Below, one piece after another: positions 13,342 through 21,931 of a stretch of DNA of 40,540 nt; the stretch's first letter is position 1, and each line of letters starts with the position of its first letter. Both the position numbers and the translations under genes were made by a program. A model generated the notes under the pieces. That model did not search any database, was not told the DNA's origin, and worked only from the letters and a program-made list of their open reading frames with translations. This stretch comes from a virus. The stretch is taken from IMG/VR virus record IMGVR_UViG_3300029770_000021. One strand, 5' to 3'.

Positions 13342-14745
13342 GTGAATATTCGCAGAGCATTAAAGGATCTTGGGTTTGACACGGTCGACAGCAAATTTTA
13401 CTCTCTGATCGACCTGTGGGACGCATGGTATAAGGGAAACGTTGAAGATTTCCACAGCTATACGGTGTGGAATGGCATTGAAGAGCTGGAGTGCCACCGT
13501 TATTCGGTTGGAATGGGAAAGAAAGTCTGCGAGGATTGGGCCAACCTCCTAATGAACGAGCGAGTCAACATCACGCTTGAAGGCAAACAGGAACAGGAAT
13601 TTATCGATACTGTTTTTGCCGATAACAATTGGGAGGTCAAGGCTAACGAATCGCAGGAGCGCAAAGCGGCAGTAGGAACCGTTGCGTATGTGCCGGTGAT
13701 GGAAGGCATGGGAATTAACCCAGATACAGCAGAAATTATTGATTCTGGCCGCATTCGCATCAACTACGTCAGCGCCGGGAACATCTACCCGCTGACGTGG
13801 GATAACGGTGTTATTCGCGAGTGCGCGTTCGCATCCACTCGGAAGGTCGATGACACAGAATATACTTACATCCAGGTGCACAGGCTGCGCAACGGCGAGT
13901 ATGACATTGAGAACCATCTGTATGATGCAGAGGAAATCCCGCTGGCCAGCGTGAAAGGGTTTGAGACAATTCCTCCGGTGGTTCATACCGGCAGCGACAA
14001 GCCACAGTTTGTGATCGACCGGCTGAACATTGCAAACTCTGACGAAAACAACCCGCTTGGCGTGGCTGTGTTTGCCCACGCCATCGACCAACTTAAGAGC
14101 GTTGACATTACCTATGATAGCTATGTGAACGAATTTGTGTTGGGCAAGAAGCGCATTGTGGTGCAGCCGGAGGCAACCAAAAGCATCGACGGTCGGCCAG
14201 TGTTTGATAAGCGTGAGACCGTTTATTATGTACTTCCGGAGGACAGAGGCGGCAACGGCAACATCTTACAGCAGGTCGATATGTCGCTGCGGACAGCGGA
14301 GTTTAACACCGGTATGCAAGATATGTTGAACATCCTGTCCAGCAAGTGCGGTTTCGGTGAGAACCATTACAAATTCAATCAGGGCAGCATCGCAACGGCC
14401 ACGCAGGTCATCAGCGAGAACAGCACCCTGTTCCGCACGATCAAAAAACATGAAATTGTGCTTGAACAGGCAATTACAGAGTTGTGCCGGAGCTTGCTCC
14501 GCATGGGGAATCGGTACATGGGCGCATCCCTCAATGAGGACGTCCAGATCTCCATTGACTTTGACGATTCCATCATTGAGGACAAGGGTCAGGACTTTAA
14601 CCGTGACGTGCAGCTTCTTAACGCTGGCATCATGAACGATTGGGAGTTCCGTATGCGCTGGATGAATGAGGACGAGGCGACCGCAAAGGCAGCGTTGCCA
14701 AAGGCACAGGACATGGTGACCGAGGAAGAAACGGAGGTAGAGTAA
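13342..14745 (+). CDS. Portal protein (SPP1 gp6-like)
   Basis: 467 aa, immediately after terL, with an acidic C-terminus. Size and position are typical. Confidence 0.85.
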   Translation: MNIRRALKDLGFDTVDSKFYSLIDLWDAWYKGNVEDFHSYTVWNGIEELECHRYSVGMGKKVCEDWANLLMNERVNITLEGKQEQEFIDTVFADNNWEVKANESQERKAAVGTVAYVPVMEGMGINPDTAEIIDSGRIRINYVSAGNIYPLTWDNGVIRECAFASTRKVDDTEYTYIQVHRLRNGEYDIENHLYDAEEIPLASVKGFETIPPVVHTGSDKPQFVIDRLNIANSDENNPLGVAVFAHAIDQLKSVDITYDSYVNEFVLGKKRIVVQPEATKSIDGRPVFDKRETVYYVLPEDRGGNGNILQQVDMSLRTAEFNTGMQDMLNILSSKCGFGENHYKFNQGSIATATQVISENSTLFRTIKKHEIVLEQAITELCRSLLRMGNRYMGASLNEDVQISIDFDDSIIEDKGQDFNRDVQLLNAGIMNDWEFRMRWMNEDEATAKAALPKAQDMVTEEETEVE

Positions 14746-15188
14746 TGGGCGGTAGAGGTGGAGCAGGTGGCGGCATTGGAAGTCGAAACGCATCTTCTCC
14801 CGATTACAAAAACTCATACAATATCGAAATGGAGAACGCCCGTAGCTTTGAAGCTGCGTTTGCTATTGAAAGCGGCGCGACCAAAGAGACAACCGGCTAT
14901 CAGATGTATGTCCACCAAGATGTTACCGGAAGAAGTCTGATTGCGGATACTCGCAAAGACATTGATGCACTAAAACGTGATTTGCGAGAGGCAAACCAAA
15001 TGGGAAAGTCTTACGGTATGTCTCAAGCGTCCATTGATGGCATGAAAGCCGCATTGCGCGAGAAAATTTCTTTGCAGGAACGGGCGGTTACTGCTATGGA
15101 GGGCGCAAGGTCTGAATACGAAAAGTACAAGCGGCAAGCGTCGGCAGGAAACGCCAAAGCAAAGCGACGCGGCGGACAATGGATGTAA
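14745..15188 (+). CDS. MGGRG-prefixed coiled-coil protein, unknown function
   Basis: MGGRGGAGGGIGS... The N-terminal motif is shared with 15204..15596. GGAGG lies 7 nt upstream. Confidence 0.7.
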   Translation: MGGRGGAGGGIGSRNASSPDYKNSYNIEMENARSFEAAFAIESGATKETTGYQMYVHQDVTGRSLIADTRKDIDALKRDLREANQMGKSYGMSQASIDGMKAALREKISLQERAVTAMEGARSEYEKYKRQASAGNAKAKRRGGQWM

Positions 15189-15203
15189 ACGGGGAGATAA
15201 TTC

Positions 15204-15596
15204 ATGGGTGGACGCGGCGCAAGCAGCGGCATGAGTGCAAAGGGCAAGCCTTACGGTAGCGAGTTCAAGACGATTATCAAAGAGAGTAATATCAAGTTTG
15301 TCAAGGCGGTTGACGGTGCGCAGAAAACGCCAATGGAGACAATGACAAGTGGTCGCGTGTATGTAACGCTCAACAAAAGCGACAACATCAAAGCAATTAC
15401 ATACTACGACACTAAGAACAAGCGCATAAAACAAATAGATCTTGACAGGCCGCATGATAAAGTTTCCCCGCATACCCACCACGGGTATATACACAATGAA
15501 AACGACGGTGCAAAGGGATACGCGAATCTAACGCCAACCGAAAAGAAAATGGTTGAGCGGGTCAAAAAAATATGGTACAATCGGCATAGCAAGTAG
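15204..15596 (+). CDS. MGGRG-prefixed His-rich protein, unknown function
   Basis: MGGRGASSGMSAKGKPYGSEF...SPHTHHGYIHNEND. GGGGAG lies 7 nt upstream. Confidence 0.7.
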   Translation: MGGRGASSGMSAKGKPYGSEFKTIIKESNIKFVKAVDGAQKTPMETMTSGRVYVTLNKSDNIKAITYYDTKNKRIKQIDLDRPHDKVSPHTHHGYIHNENDGAKGYANLTPTEKKMVERVKKIWYNRHSK

Positions 15597-15709
15597 TGGT
15601 GTAATGGCAGCACACTTTGTTTGAGGAAGTTCCGGTTTGATTCCGGGCGCTTGCTATGCCGTAAGGTACAGGAATGTATCTTGCGGCATTTTTGTTTGTT
15701 GGGGGCTGT

Positions 15710-16357
15710 ATGATTAACTTTGAAAATCTCGACAAGTTCACATTCCCCGGTGTTGGCAAGTACGATATTCCGCAGATCGAGCCGGTCAAGGCATATCCGC
15801 AGGGAGAATTTATCCCTGTAAATTACCATTACACGGCGAAAGAAACGAAAAGCAAAATCGTGCATTTCTTTGTGGACGATTATCAATTCATTCGATATTG
15901 GAATACGCCGGACAAATACATTCCGAAGCTGTCGCAGTTTGCGGCGGTGTGTGCGCCGGACTTCTCCACTTACACAGATATGCCGCTTTCAATGCAGATA
16001 TACAACCATTATCGCAAGCACTGGCTGGCTGCATATTGGCAGCTACACGGCATGACAGTATACCCCTCTATTTCTTGGAGCGACGAGGATAGTTACGATT
16101 GGTGCTTTGATGGTGAGCCTGTCGGCGGGATAGTTGCCGTTAGTTCGGTAGGCACACAGCAGAACAAGGAAAGCAAGCGTCTTTTTCTGCGCGGCTACGA
16201 GGAAATGATGAAGCGGCTATCGCCGGAATGGGTGATATTCTACGGCAGAGTGCCGGAAGAGTGCGACTGGAATGTTATTCGCGTGAAGCCGCACTATGAC
16301 GAGATCGTGAAGCGGAGGGTGCAAAATGAAATATCCGTTCACGCCGGAACTGCTTGA
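15710..16357 (+). CDS. DUF4417-like protein
   Basis: HFFVDDYQFIRYWNTPDKYIPKL...PDFSTYTDMPLSMQIYNHYRKHWLAAYWQLHGMTVYPSISW matches my recollection of DUF4417. Start ATG 15710 (MINFENL). Confidence 0.6.
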   Translation: MINFENLDKFTFPGVGKYDIPQIEPVKAYPQGEFIPVNYHYTAKETKSKIVHFFVDDYQFIRYWNTPDKYIPKLSQFAAVCAPDFSTYTDMPLSMQIYNHYRKHWLAAYWQLHGMTVYPSISWSDEDSYDWCFDGEPVGGIVAVSSVGTQQNKESKRLFLRGYEEMMKRLSPEWVIFYGRVPEECDWNVIRVKPHYDEIVKRRVQNEISVHAGTA

Positions 16358-18074
16358 CGCGCTCCCAGAAGAACTCGCCGAACTGTACCGTGCTCTTGAG
16401 GATACGTTACTCGACGAGATATGCAGCCGCTTGAAACTGGCAAATCAGTTTAACGAGGTCACAGTACAGGATATCCGGGCGCTGCGGTCCCACGGCATCG
16501 ACCTAAAGGAAATCAAGAAAGCAATCCGCGAGACTTCCGGCATCAGCAAAACGAAGTTGGACAAGCTGCTGGGCGATGTGGTCGCAAGGAACCAACAGTA
16601 TTACACCGACCTGATCGACCTTGCGCATATCACCCAACCTGAGACACTGGTTGACGCTGCGGAAGTGGCGGCAATCAGGACGCAGACACTTGATACATTC
16701 CACAATCTGACCGCATCCATGGGCTTCCTGGTGGACGCTGGGCGTACAATGCTACCACCTGCCAAAGCGTACCAATGGGCGCTTGACAGCGCAGCATTGC
16801 GGGTGCAAAGCGGTGCAATCAACTACAACCAGGCGATCAAAACGGCGGTGAAGGAGCTTGCGGACAGCGGTCTAAAAGTGGTTGACTACGAAAGTGGCCA
16901 TCGGGATCATGTTGATGTTGCCGTGAGAAGAGCTGTAATGACCGGCGTATCTCAAATCTGTGCTAAATACACGGAGCAATCCGCAGAGTATCTGAATACT
17001 CCATACTTTGAAGTATCGGCTCATATTGGCGCACGAGATAAGCCGGGACCGTCACCATGGTCATCACATAAGGATTGGCAGGGCCGTGTTTACAGCGTCC
17101 GCACCGGGGATATTTACCCGAACATCTATGACGTTTGCGGCCTGGGCGCTGTTGACGGCTTGGAAGGGGCCAACTGCCGCCACAGGCGGTTCCCGTGGGT
17201 TGAGGGCGTGTCCGAGCGCACTTACACGGATGAACAGCTGGAACACATCGATGACGGCCATGGATGCACGTTTGATGGCAAGGATTACACGGCATACGAG
17301 GCAACCCAGATGCAGCGCCGCATTGAGCGGACGGTTAGAAAGTTAAAGCGCGAAAAAGCCGCCTACAAGGCCGCAGGATTGCATGAAGATGAAACTGCGG
17401 TAAACATACGCCTCCGGCGGTTAAACGCTAAATACAAGGCGTTTAGCGCGGAAGCTGGCCTGCCGGAGCAACCGGAGCGGATGCGCATCTATAATGCTAC
17501 TCCCATTTCAAAAAGCATAAAAAGCACCGGTAATGGCAACAGCGTTTCCCCGGGAGATCCGGTTTTGGTTGGTACTGTTGATTTTTCTGATAAAACAGCA
17601 ACCATGAAAGTTTTGAGCGATGCTGAGAAAGAACTGGCTGATTTTGATTACGAAGTTAATTACTCGGTGACGAAAGATGGCAAAGTCTGGCGCGTCTCCG
17701 GGGAGGCAACAACGGTAGACTTGTCTGCTATACCGAGCACCCTAAATGGGTCATATTCGTATCACAATCACCCGCGTGAAAAAACGCATTACTCTTTTAG
17801 TGCAGAAGACGTTGCGTTCTTTATGGACAGTAAAGAAGAACTTTCCATTGCGTCTGATGACCGATTTATATACATTATGAGACGAACAGCCAAAACCGTT
17901 GAAAAGGCTCGCGATGTGGTGTACAATCGCTTTAAGGAACTGGAACGAACGGACGTATTTGAGATGATGTGGAAAGGGCAGATAAACCCGGACGTTGATA
18001 AGTACCACGAAGTAATGAAGATTTTAAGTAAAGAGCTGGAGGTTGACTATGTACGCAAAGAAAAAAATAAATGA
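16326..18074 (+). CDS. MuF/SPP1 gp7-family head morphogenesis protein with a C-terminal extension of about 195 aa (JAB/RadC-like HNHP...S..D motif)
   Basis: The MuF-like core includes GANCRHRRFPW and YEATQMQRRIERTVRKLKREK. The extension carries EVNYSV...SYSYHNHPREKTHYSFSAEDVAFF. Confidence 0.8.
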   Translation: MKYPFTPELLDALPEELAELYRALEDTLLDEICSRLKLANQFNEVTVQDIRALRSHGIDLKEIKKAIRETSGISKTKLDKLLGDVVARNQQYYTDLIDLAHITQPETLVDAAEVAAIRTQTLDTFHNLTASMGFLVDAGRTMLPPAKAYQWALDSAALRVQSGAINYNQAIKTAVKELADSGLKVVDYESGHRDHVDVAVRRAVMTGVSQICAKYTEQSAEYLNTPYFEVSAHIGARDKPGPSPWSSHKDWQGRVYSVRTGDIYPNIYDVCGLGAVDGLEGANCRHRRFPWVEGVSERTYTDEQLEHIDDGHGCTFDGKDYTAYEATQMQRRIERTVRKLKREKAAYKAAGLHEDETAVNIRLRRLNAKYKAFSAEAGLPEQPERMRIYNATPISKSIKSTGNGNSVSPGDPVLVGTVDFSDKTATMKVLSDAEKELADFDYEVNYSVTKDGKVWRVSGEATTVDLSAIPSTLNGSYSYHNHPREKTHYSFSAEDVAFFMDSKEELSIASDDRFIYIMRRTAKTVEKARDVVYNRFKELERTDVFEMMWKGQINPDVDKYHEVMKILSKELEVDYVRKEKNK

Positions 18075-18297
18075 AAACCATCCACTCTTTAATGAGTACA
18101 AGGCAAAATGCGACGCACTTTTTCATGAATGCTGGGCTAAAGTAGATGAAGAACGGGCAAAATACCCCGATTGGAAAGGACGAGACCACCCATCTGATTT
18201 GGCGGTATATGCACTTGAGAAAGAGTGCAACTCAAAGCTTAGAGACCTACAACGTGAATATGATTTCCTGTTTTCCGAGGTGACGGACAATGAATGA
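18049..18297 (+). CDS. Small protein downstream of MuF (candidate immunity or partner protein)
   Basis: GGAGG lies 7 nt before ATG 18049. 82 aa. Overlaps the MuF 3' end by 26 nt. Confidence 0.55.
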   Translation: MYAKKKINENHPLFNEYKAKCDALFHECWAKVDEERAKYPDWKGRDHPSDLAVYALEKECNSKLRDLQREYDFLFSEVTDNE

Positions 18298-18421
18298 TGA
18301 TATCATGCGCGCTGTGGAAGCTATTCTTAAACGTGGCAATGATGCGGAGATCCGGCGCAAGGGCGACGGGTACATCGTGTTAGAGGTCAAGAAAACAATC
18401 AAATATTCAACTCCCGCGTAA
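18290..18421 (+). CDS. Small hypothetical protein (43 aa)
   Basis: GAGGTGA lies 6 nt upstream. MNDDIMRAVEAILKRGNDAEIRRKGDGYIVLEVKKTIKYSTPA. Below the ORF-track cutoff. Confidence 0.5.
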   Translation: MNDDIMRAVEAILKRGNDAEIRRKGDGYIVLEVKKTIKYSTPA

Positions 18422-18443
18422 TTGGGCGCGGGAAAGGGCAATA

Positions 18444-18488
18444 GGAGCCAACTGCTGAGGAATTCTCGGTGGTTGGCTCTTTTGTTTT
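18444..18488 (+). terminator. Rho-independent terminator (a second weaker hairpin lies at 18493-18518)
   Basis: GGAGCCAAC...GTTGGCTCT stem followed by TTTTGTTTT. Confidence 0.7.
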
Positions 18489-18570
18489 AAGTAAAACCCG
18501 CAGAGAACAGCGGTTTTTATAAAAACTATCGTCCGCGAAGAAACGCGGCCAAAGAAAGGGAGATAGTGTC

Positions 18571-19164
18571 ATGGCACTTACACGCAAACTTTTGAAGGGT
18601 ATGGGTCTCACCGACGAACAGGTGGATACCATCATCGAAGCGCATACCGACACCGTGGACGGCTTGAAGGCTGACGTCAGCAAGTACAAGGCGGACGCGG
18701 AGAAGCTGCCCGGAATCCAGAAGCAGTTGGATGACCTCAAGGCAGCAGGCGACGGCGGCTATAAGGAAAAGTACGAGAAGGAACATTCGGATTTTGAAGC
18801 TTATAAGTCCGGCATCACAGAAAAAGAAAGCAAAGCGGCAAAAGAAAAGGCCGTCCGTGCTTACTTTGAAAGCAAAAACATCACCGGCGCAAATCTCGAC
18901 CTTGCGATGCGCGGCTGCGGCGAGGAAATGGCCGCATTGGAGCTGGACGGCGAGAAGATCAAGGACACCAAAAGCCTTGACGCTCTCGTAGACGGCACCT
19001 ATAAGAGCCTTGTTTCTAAGCCTGCTGTCCGGCTGGACATGGGCGCACGGCTCAACGAGGGCGGAAAGCCTATGACCAAGGACGAGATTATGCAAATCAC
19101 CGACAGAACTGAGCGGCGCGCTGCAATCGCCGCAAATATGGATTTGTTTAGAAAGGAAGAATAA
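18571..19164 (+). CDS. Scaffolding protein
   Basis: 197 aa, helical and charged. LTDEQVDTIIEAHTDTVDGLKADVSKYKADAEKL. Directly upstream of the capsid gene. Confidence 0.85.
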   Translation: MALTRKLLKGMGLTDEQVDTIIEAHTDTVDGLKADVSKYKADAEKLPGIQKQLDDLKAAGDGGYKEKYEKEHSDFEAYKSGITEKESKAAKEKAVRAYFESKNITGANLDLAMRGCGEEMAALELDGEKIKDTKSLDALVDGTYKSLVSKPAVRLDMGARLNEGGKPMTKDEIMQITDRTERRAAIAANMDLFRKEE

Positions 19165-19166
19165 AA

Positions 19167-20039
19167 ATGGCTGTTGATCCTAAGCTGATTAAGAAGGAAG
19201 ATCTCGCCCGTGTTCGTGAAATCGAATTTACCGAGATGTTCGGCTATTCCATCAAGAAGCTGATGGAGGCTCTGGGCGTTACTCGTAAGATCGCCAAGCA
19301 GGCCGGTACTGTGCTCAAGAGCTACAAGGCTACCGGCACTTTGGAAGACGGCGCTGTGGCTGAGGGCGAGACCATCCCCCTGAGCAAGTACAAGACCGAG
19401 GCTGTGAACTACAAGGAGATCACCTTGAAGAAGTGGCGCAAGGCCACCTCTGCCGAAGCAATCACCGATCGCGGCTACGATCAGGCGGTTGAAATGACCA
19501 CCGATGAAATGCTAAAGGATGTGCAGAAGGGCATCCGCAAGGACTTCTTCGACTTCCTCGCAACCGGTACGGGTACGGCCAGCGGTGCGACCTTCCAAGC
19601 GACCTTGGCTCAGGCATGGGGCCAGCTGCAGGTGCTGTTCGAGGATGACGAAATCGGCGCAGTGTATTTCATGAACCCGCTGGACGTTGCGGACTATCTC
19701 GCAACTGCCAACATCACCCTGCAGACCGCTTTCGGCATGACCTATGTTGAGAACTTCCTCGGTCTGGGCACTGTAATCTTGAACTCCAGCGTCCCCAAGG
19801 GCAAGATTTACGCCACTGCCAAGGACAACATCGTCCTGTACTACATCCCTGTGAACGGCGCTGATCTGGGCGAGGTGTTCAACTTCACCACCGACGCCAC
19901 CGGTTATATCGGCATCCACGAGGAACCCGATTACACCAACATGACCGCATCCGATACCGTTATCAACGGCATGGTGCTGTTCGCCGAGCGCATTGATGGC
20001 GTGGTTGTCGGCACCATCACTCCGGCAGTGGGGGGCTAA
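19167..20039 (+). CDS. Major capsid protein
   Basis: 290 aa after the scaffold gene, with composition typical of an HK97-fold Gram-positive siphovirus MCP. Ends AVGG-stop within a G6 run. Confidence 0.88.
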   Translation: MAVDPKLIKKEDLARVREIEFTEMFGYSIKKLMEALGVTRKIAKQAGTVLKSYKATGTLEDGAVAEGETIPLSKYKTEAVNYKEITLKKWRKATSAEAITDRGYDQAVEMTTDEMLKDVQKGIRKDFFDFLATGTGTASGATFQATLAQAWGQLQVLFEDDEIGAVYFMNPLDVADYLATANITLQTAFGMTYVENFLGLGTVILNSSVPKGKIYATAKDNIVLYYIPVNGADLGEVFNFTTDATGYIGIHEEPDYTNMTASDTVINGMVLFAERIDGVVVGTITPAVGG

Positions 20040-20086
20040 CCGAACTGCTGAGTGAGCCTGACCCTGAAACCCCTGCTTTCTCCGAC

Positions 20087-20191
20087 ATGACAAAAGCTCA
20101 ATTGCTTGATTATGCCGGGGAAAACGGGGTGGACGGGGTCAGCAGTTCAATGCGCAAGGCTGACATAATCGCAGTATTGGAAGGGAGCTGA
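20087..20191 (+). CDS. HeH/Rho-N-like small ORF (34 aa), or a -1 frameshift extension of the capsid protein
   Basis: MTKAQLLDYAGENGVDGVSSSMRKADIIAVLEGS. No SD upstream. This frame is open back through the MCP stop. Confidence 0.5.
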   Translation: MTKAQLLDYAGENGVDGVSSSMRKADIIAVLEGS

Positions 20192-20196
20192 CCTAA

Positions 20197-20637
20197 TTGA
20201 CATACGCTGATTACGCATACTACTCCGGTGTCTATATGGGCACTGTAAGCAGTGGGGATTTTCCGCGTCTGGCTGTCCGGGCCAGCTTTTTCCTCGATTA
20301 TTTCACGCAGAACCGAGCCAAGGACAACGCGGATCTGGATGCGGTAAAGATGTGCTGCTGTGCGCTGGTTGACAAGTACGCGGTTATCGAAGCCGCGCAG
20401 GCGCTTGCAATGAAGAACCTGGCGACTGCTTCCGCTAATGACGCAGAAGTCAAAAGCGAGACGGTGGGCGGTTATTCCCGCACACTGGCGACCGGCGGCG
20501 AATCTGCCGTTTCTGCGCTGAACGCTACGGATGGGGCAAGAAAGCTGCTCGCAGAGACCTGCATGGAGTATCTTGCCCACACTGGCTTGCTGTACCGAGG
20601 GAGGGGGTGCGGATTATGTACGTTCCCCACACTGTAA
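20197..20637 (+). CDS. Head-tail connector (gp6-like adaptor)
   Basis: TTG start after GGAAGGGAG. MTYADYAYYSGVY...FPRLAVRASFFLDYFT...TGLLYRG. Confidence 0.7.
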   Translation: MTYADYAYYSGVYMGTVSSGDFPRLAVRASFFLDYFTQNRAKDNADLDAVKMCCCALVDKYAVIEAAQALAMKNLATASANDAEVKSETVGGYSRTLATGGESAVSALNATDGARKLLAETCMEYLAHTGLLYRGRGCGLCTFPTL

Positions 20638-21065
20638 CGATCTACAATCCGGTCAAAGAAACCGACAAGGAGACGTTTCAGGAAACGCAAAAGCTGTATG
20701 TGACCGTACTTCGTGGCGTGATGCTGCAAGCGTCTAAGGCGGTTAACGTGCGCGAGAGCGGGCTTGAGGGAGCGGATGCGGTTGATCTCTACATTCCATT
20801 CGGCGTGGAAGCGGTGGACGGCTTTACTGGCAAGGCAAAAACCTATGCCGGTCCGCAGCGGTTTTACGCTGCAGAGGACAAAACCGACCTGTGGACGCTT
20901 TCTGTCAAAGGCAACGGCGGGACAACGTTTTTCATCAAAGGCGAGTTTGTGACAGACAATGAAACTGTGGCGCTGGCTCAGGACAACTGCTACACCGTGA
21001 CCAAGGTTGACGAAAAGGACTTTGGCAGCGTTGATATGCAGCACTGGCAGGTCGGAGGCGTGTGA
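20616..21065 (+). CDS. Head closure / head-tail joining protein
   Basis: GGGAGGGGGTG SD. 149 aa. Assigned by position in the connector module. Confidence 0.6.
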   Translation: MYVPHTVTIYNPVKETDKETFQETQKLYVTVLRGVMLQASKAVNVRESGLEGADAVDLYIPFGVEAVDGFTGKAKTYAGPQRFYAAEDKTDLWTLSVKGNGGTTFFIKGEFVTDNETVALAQDNCYTVTKVDEKDFGSVDMQHWQVGGV

Positions 21066-21066
21066 T

Positions 21067-21477
21067 ATGGCGTTGAAATTCTCCGTTCAGACGGACGGCA
21101 TGGACGCTGTAAAAGAGGCCATTTCCAGGGGCTGTGATCGCGCAGAACACGTTCTGGCGTTGCAGGTCGCAAAAGATACCGCTCCGTTTGTGCCTATGCT
21201 CACAGGCTCTCTTAGGACGCGTACAAAGGTAACGGGAAACACGGTTGTTTATCCAGGGCCGTATGCCAGATATCTGTACTACGGCAAACTGTACGTTGAC
21301 CCGCTGACCGGAAGCGCTTATGCGCGGAAAGGAGTTACGAAGGTTCCGGCGGTGCCGGAAAAGAATTTGATTTTCCACAGAGCCGGGACCTGCTCCCATT
21401 GGTTTGAAGCATCCAAGGCACAGAACATGGAGAAGTGGATGCGTGTAGCAGAAAAGGCGGTGAAGCGTGATCTCTAA
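21067..21477 (+). CDS. HK97 gp10-like tail component
   Basis: VAKDTAPFVPMLTGSLRTRT...VVYPGPYARYLYYG matches the gp10-family pattern. Confidence 0.65.
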   Translation: MALKFSVQTDGMDAVKEAISRGCDRAEHVLALQVAKDTAPFVPMLTGSLRTRTKVTGNTVVYPGPYARYLYYGKLYVDPLTGSAYARKGVTKVPAVPEKNLIFHRAGTCSHWFEASKAQNMEKWMRVAEKAVKRDL

Positions 21478-21931
21478 AGAAAAACCTGTAATGCTGGCAT
21501 CCAGCAGCGAAAAGGCAGACCTTGACCGCCTGATGCTGATTTGGGCAAACCGTTTCCCCGGTATTCCGGAGAATGTGGATCTGATCAAATACGAGTATTT
21601 CGCGGCGAAAACGGTAGGCATGGCGCTTTCCTCCGTTCAAGGGGCCGTTATCACCAAGAAGTATATCTGCGGTGGATATCAGGCGGAGTATTCGTTTGAA
21701 ATCCACTACCAGATTGCGCCACCCGGCAAGAGCGACGATACGCGCTTGAAGGCGGTTGAGGTTTTAAACAAATTTGCGGACTGGGCGCAGATGCAGCGAC
21801 CGGACATTGGAGAGGGCAGGCGCGCCCTCCGCGTTGAGACGTCTGCGTTTGCATCGTATCTCGGCGCGACAAGCGACCAATACGAGGACTACATGGTCCC
21901 GCTAAAACTGATTTACGAGGTGAATGTATAA
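21467..21931 (+). CDS. Tail completion / terminator-like protein
   Basis: 154 aa. Assigned by its position immediately before the major tail gene. Confidence 0.5.
   Translation: MISKEKPVMLASSSEKADLDRLMLIWANRFPGIPENVDLIKYEYFAAKTVGMALSSVQGAVITKKYICGGYQAEYSFEIHYQIAPPGKSDDTRLKAVEVLNKFADWAQMQRPDIGEGRRALRVETSAFASYLGATSDQYEDYMVPLKLIYEVNV

Noticed and set aside
19512-20093. 193-aa minus-strand ORF antisense to the major capsid gene. Similar long antisense ORFs lie at 422-898, 2000-2620, 5214-5861, 7801-8574, 14266-14817, 20472-21044, 22534-23433, 27925-28773, 29300-29917 and 31795-32568.
   Set aside because: These are typical stop-poor antisense frames of moderately GC-rich coding DNA. They have no ribosome-binding sites, their translations are Arg/His/Gly-biased, and each lies fully within a confidently assigned plus-strand gene.
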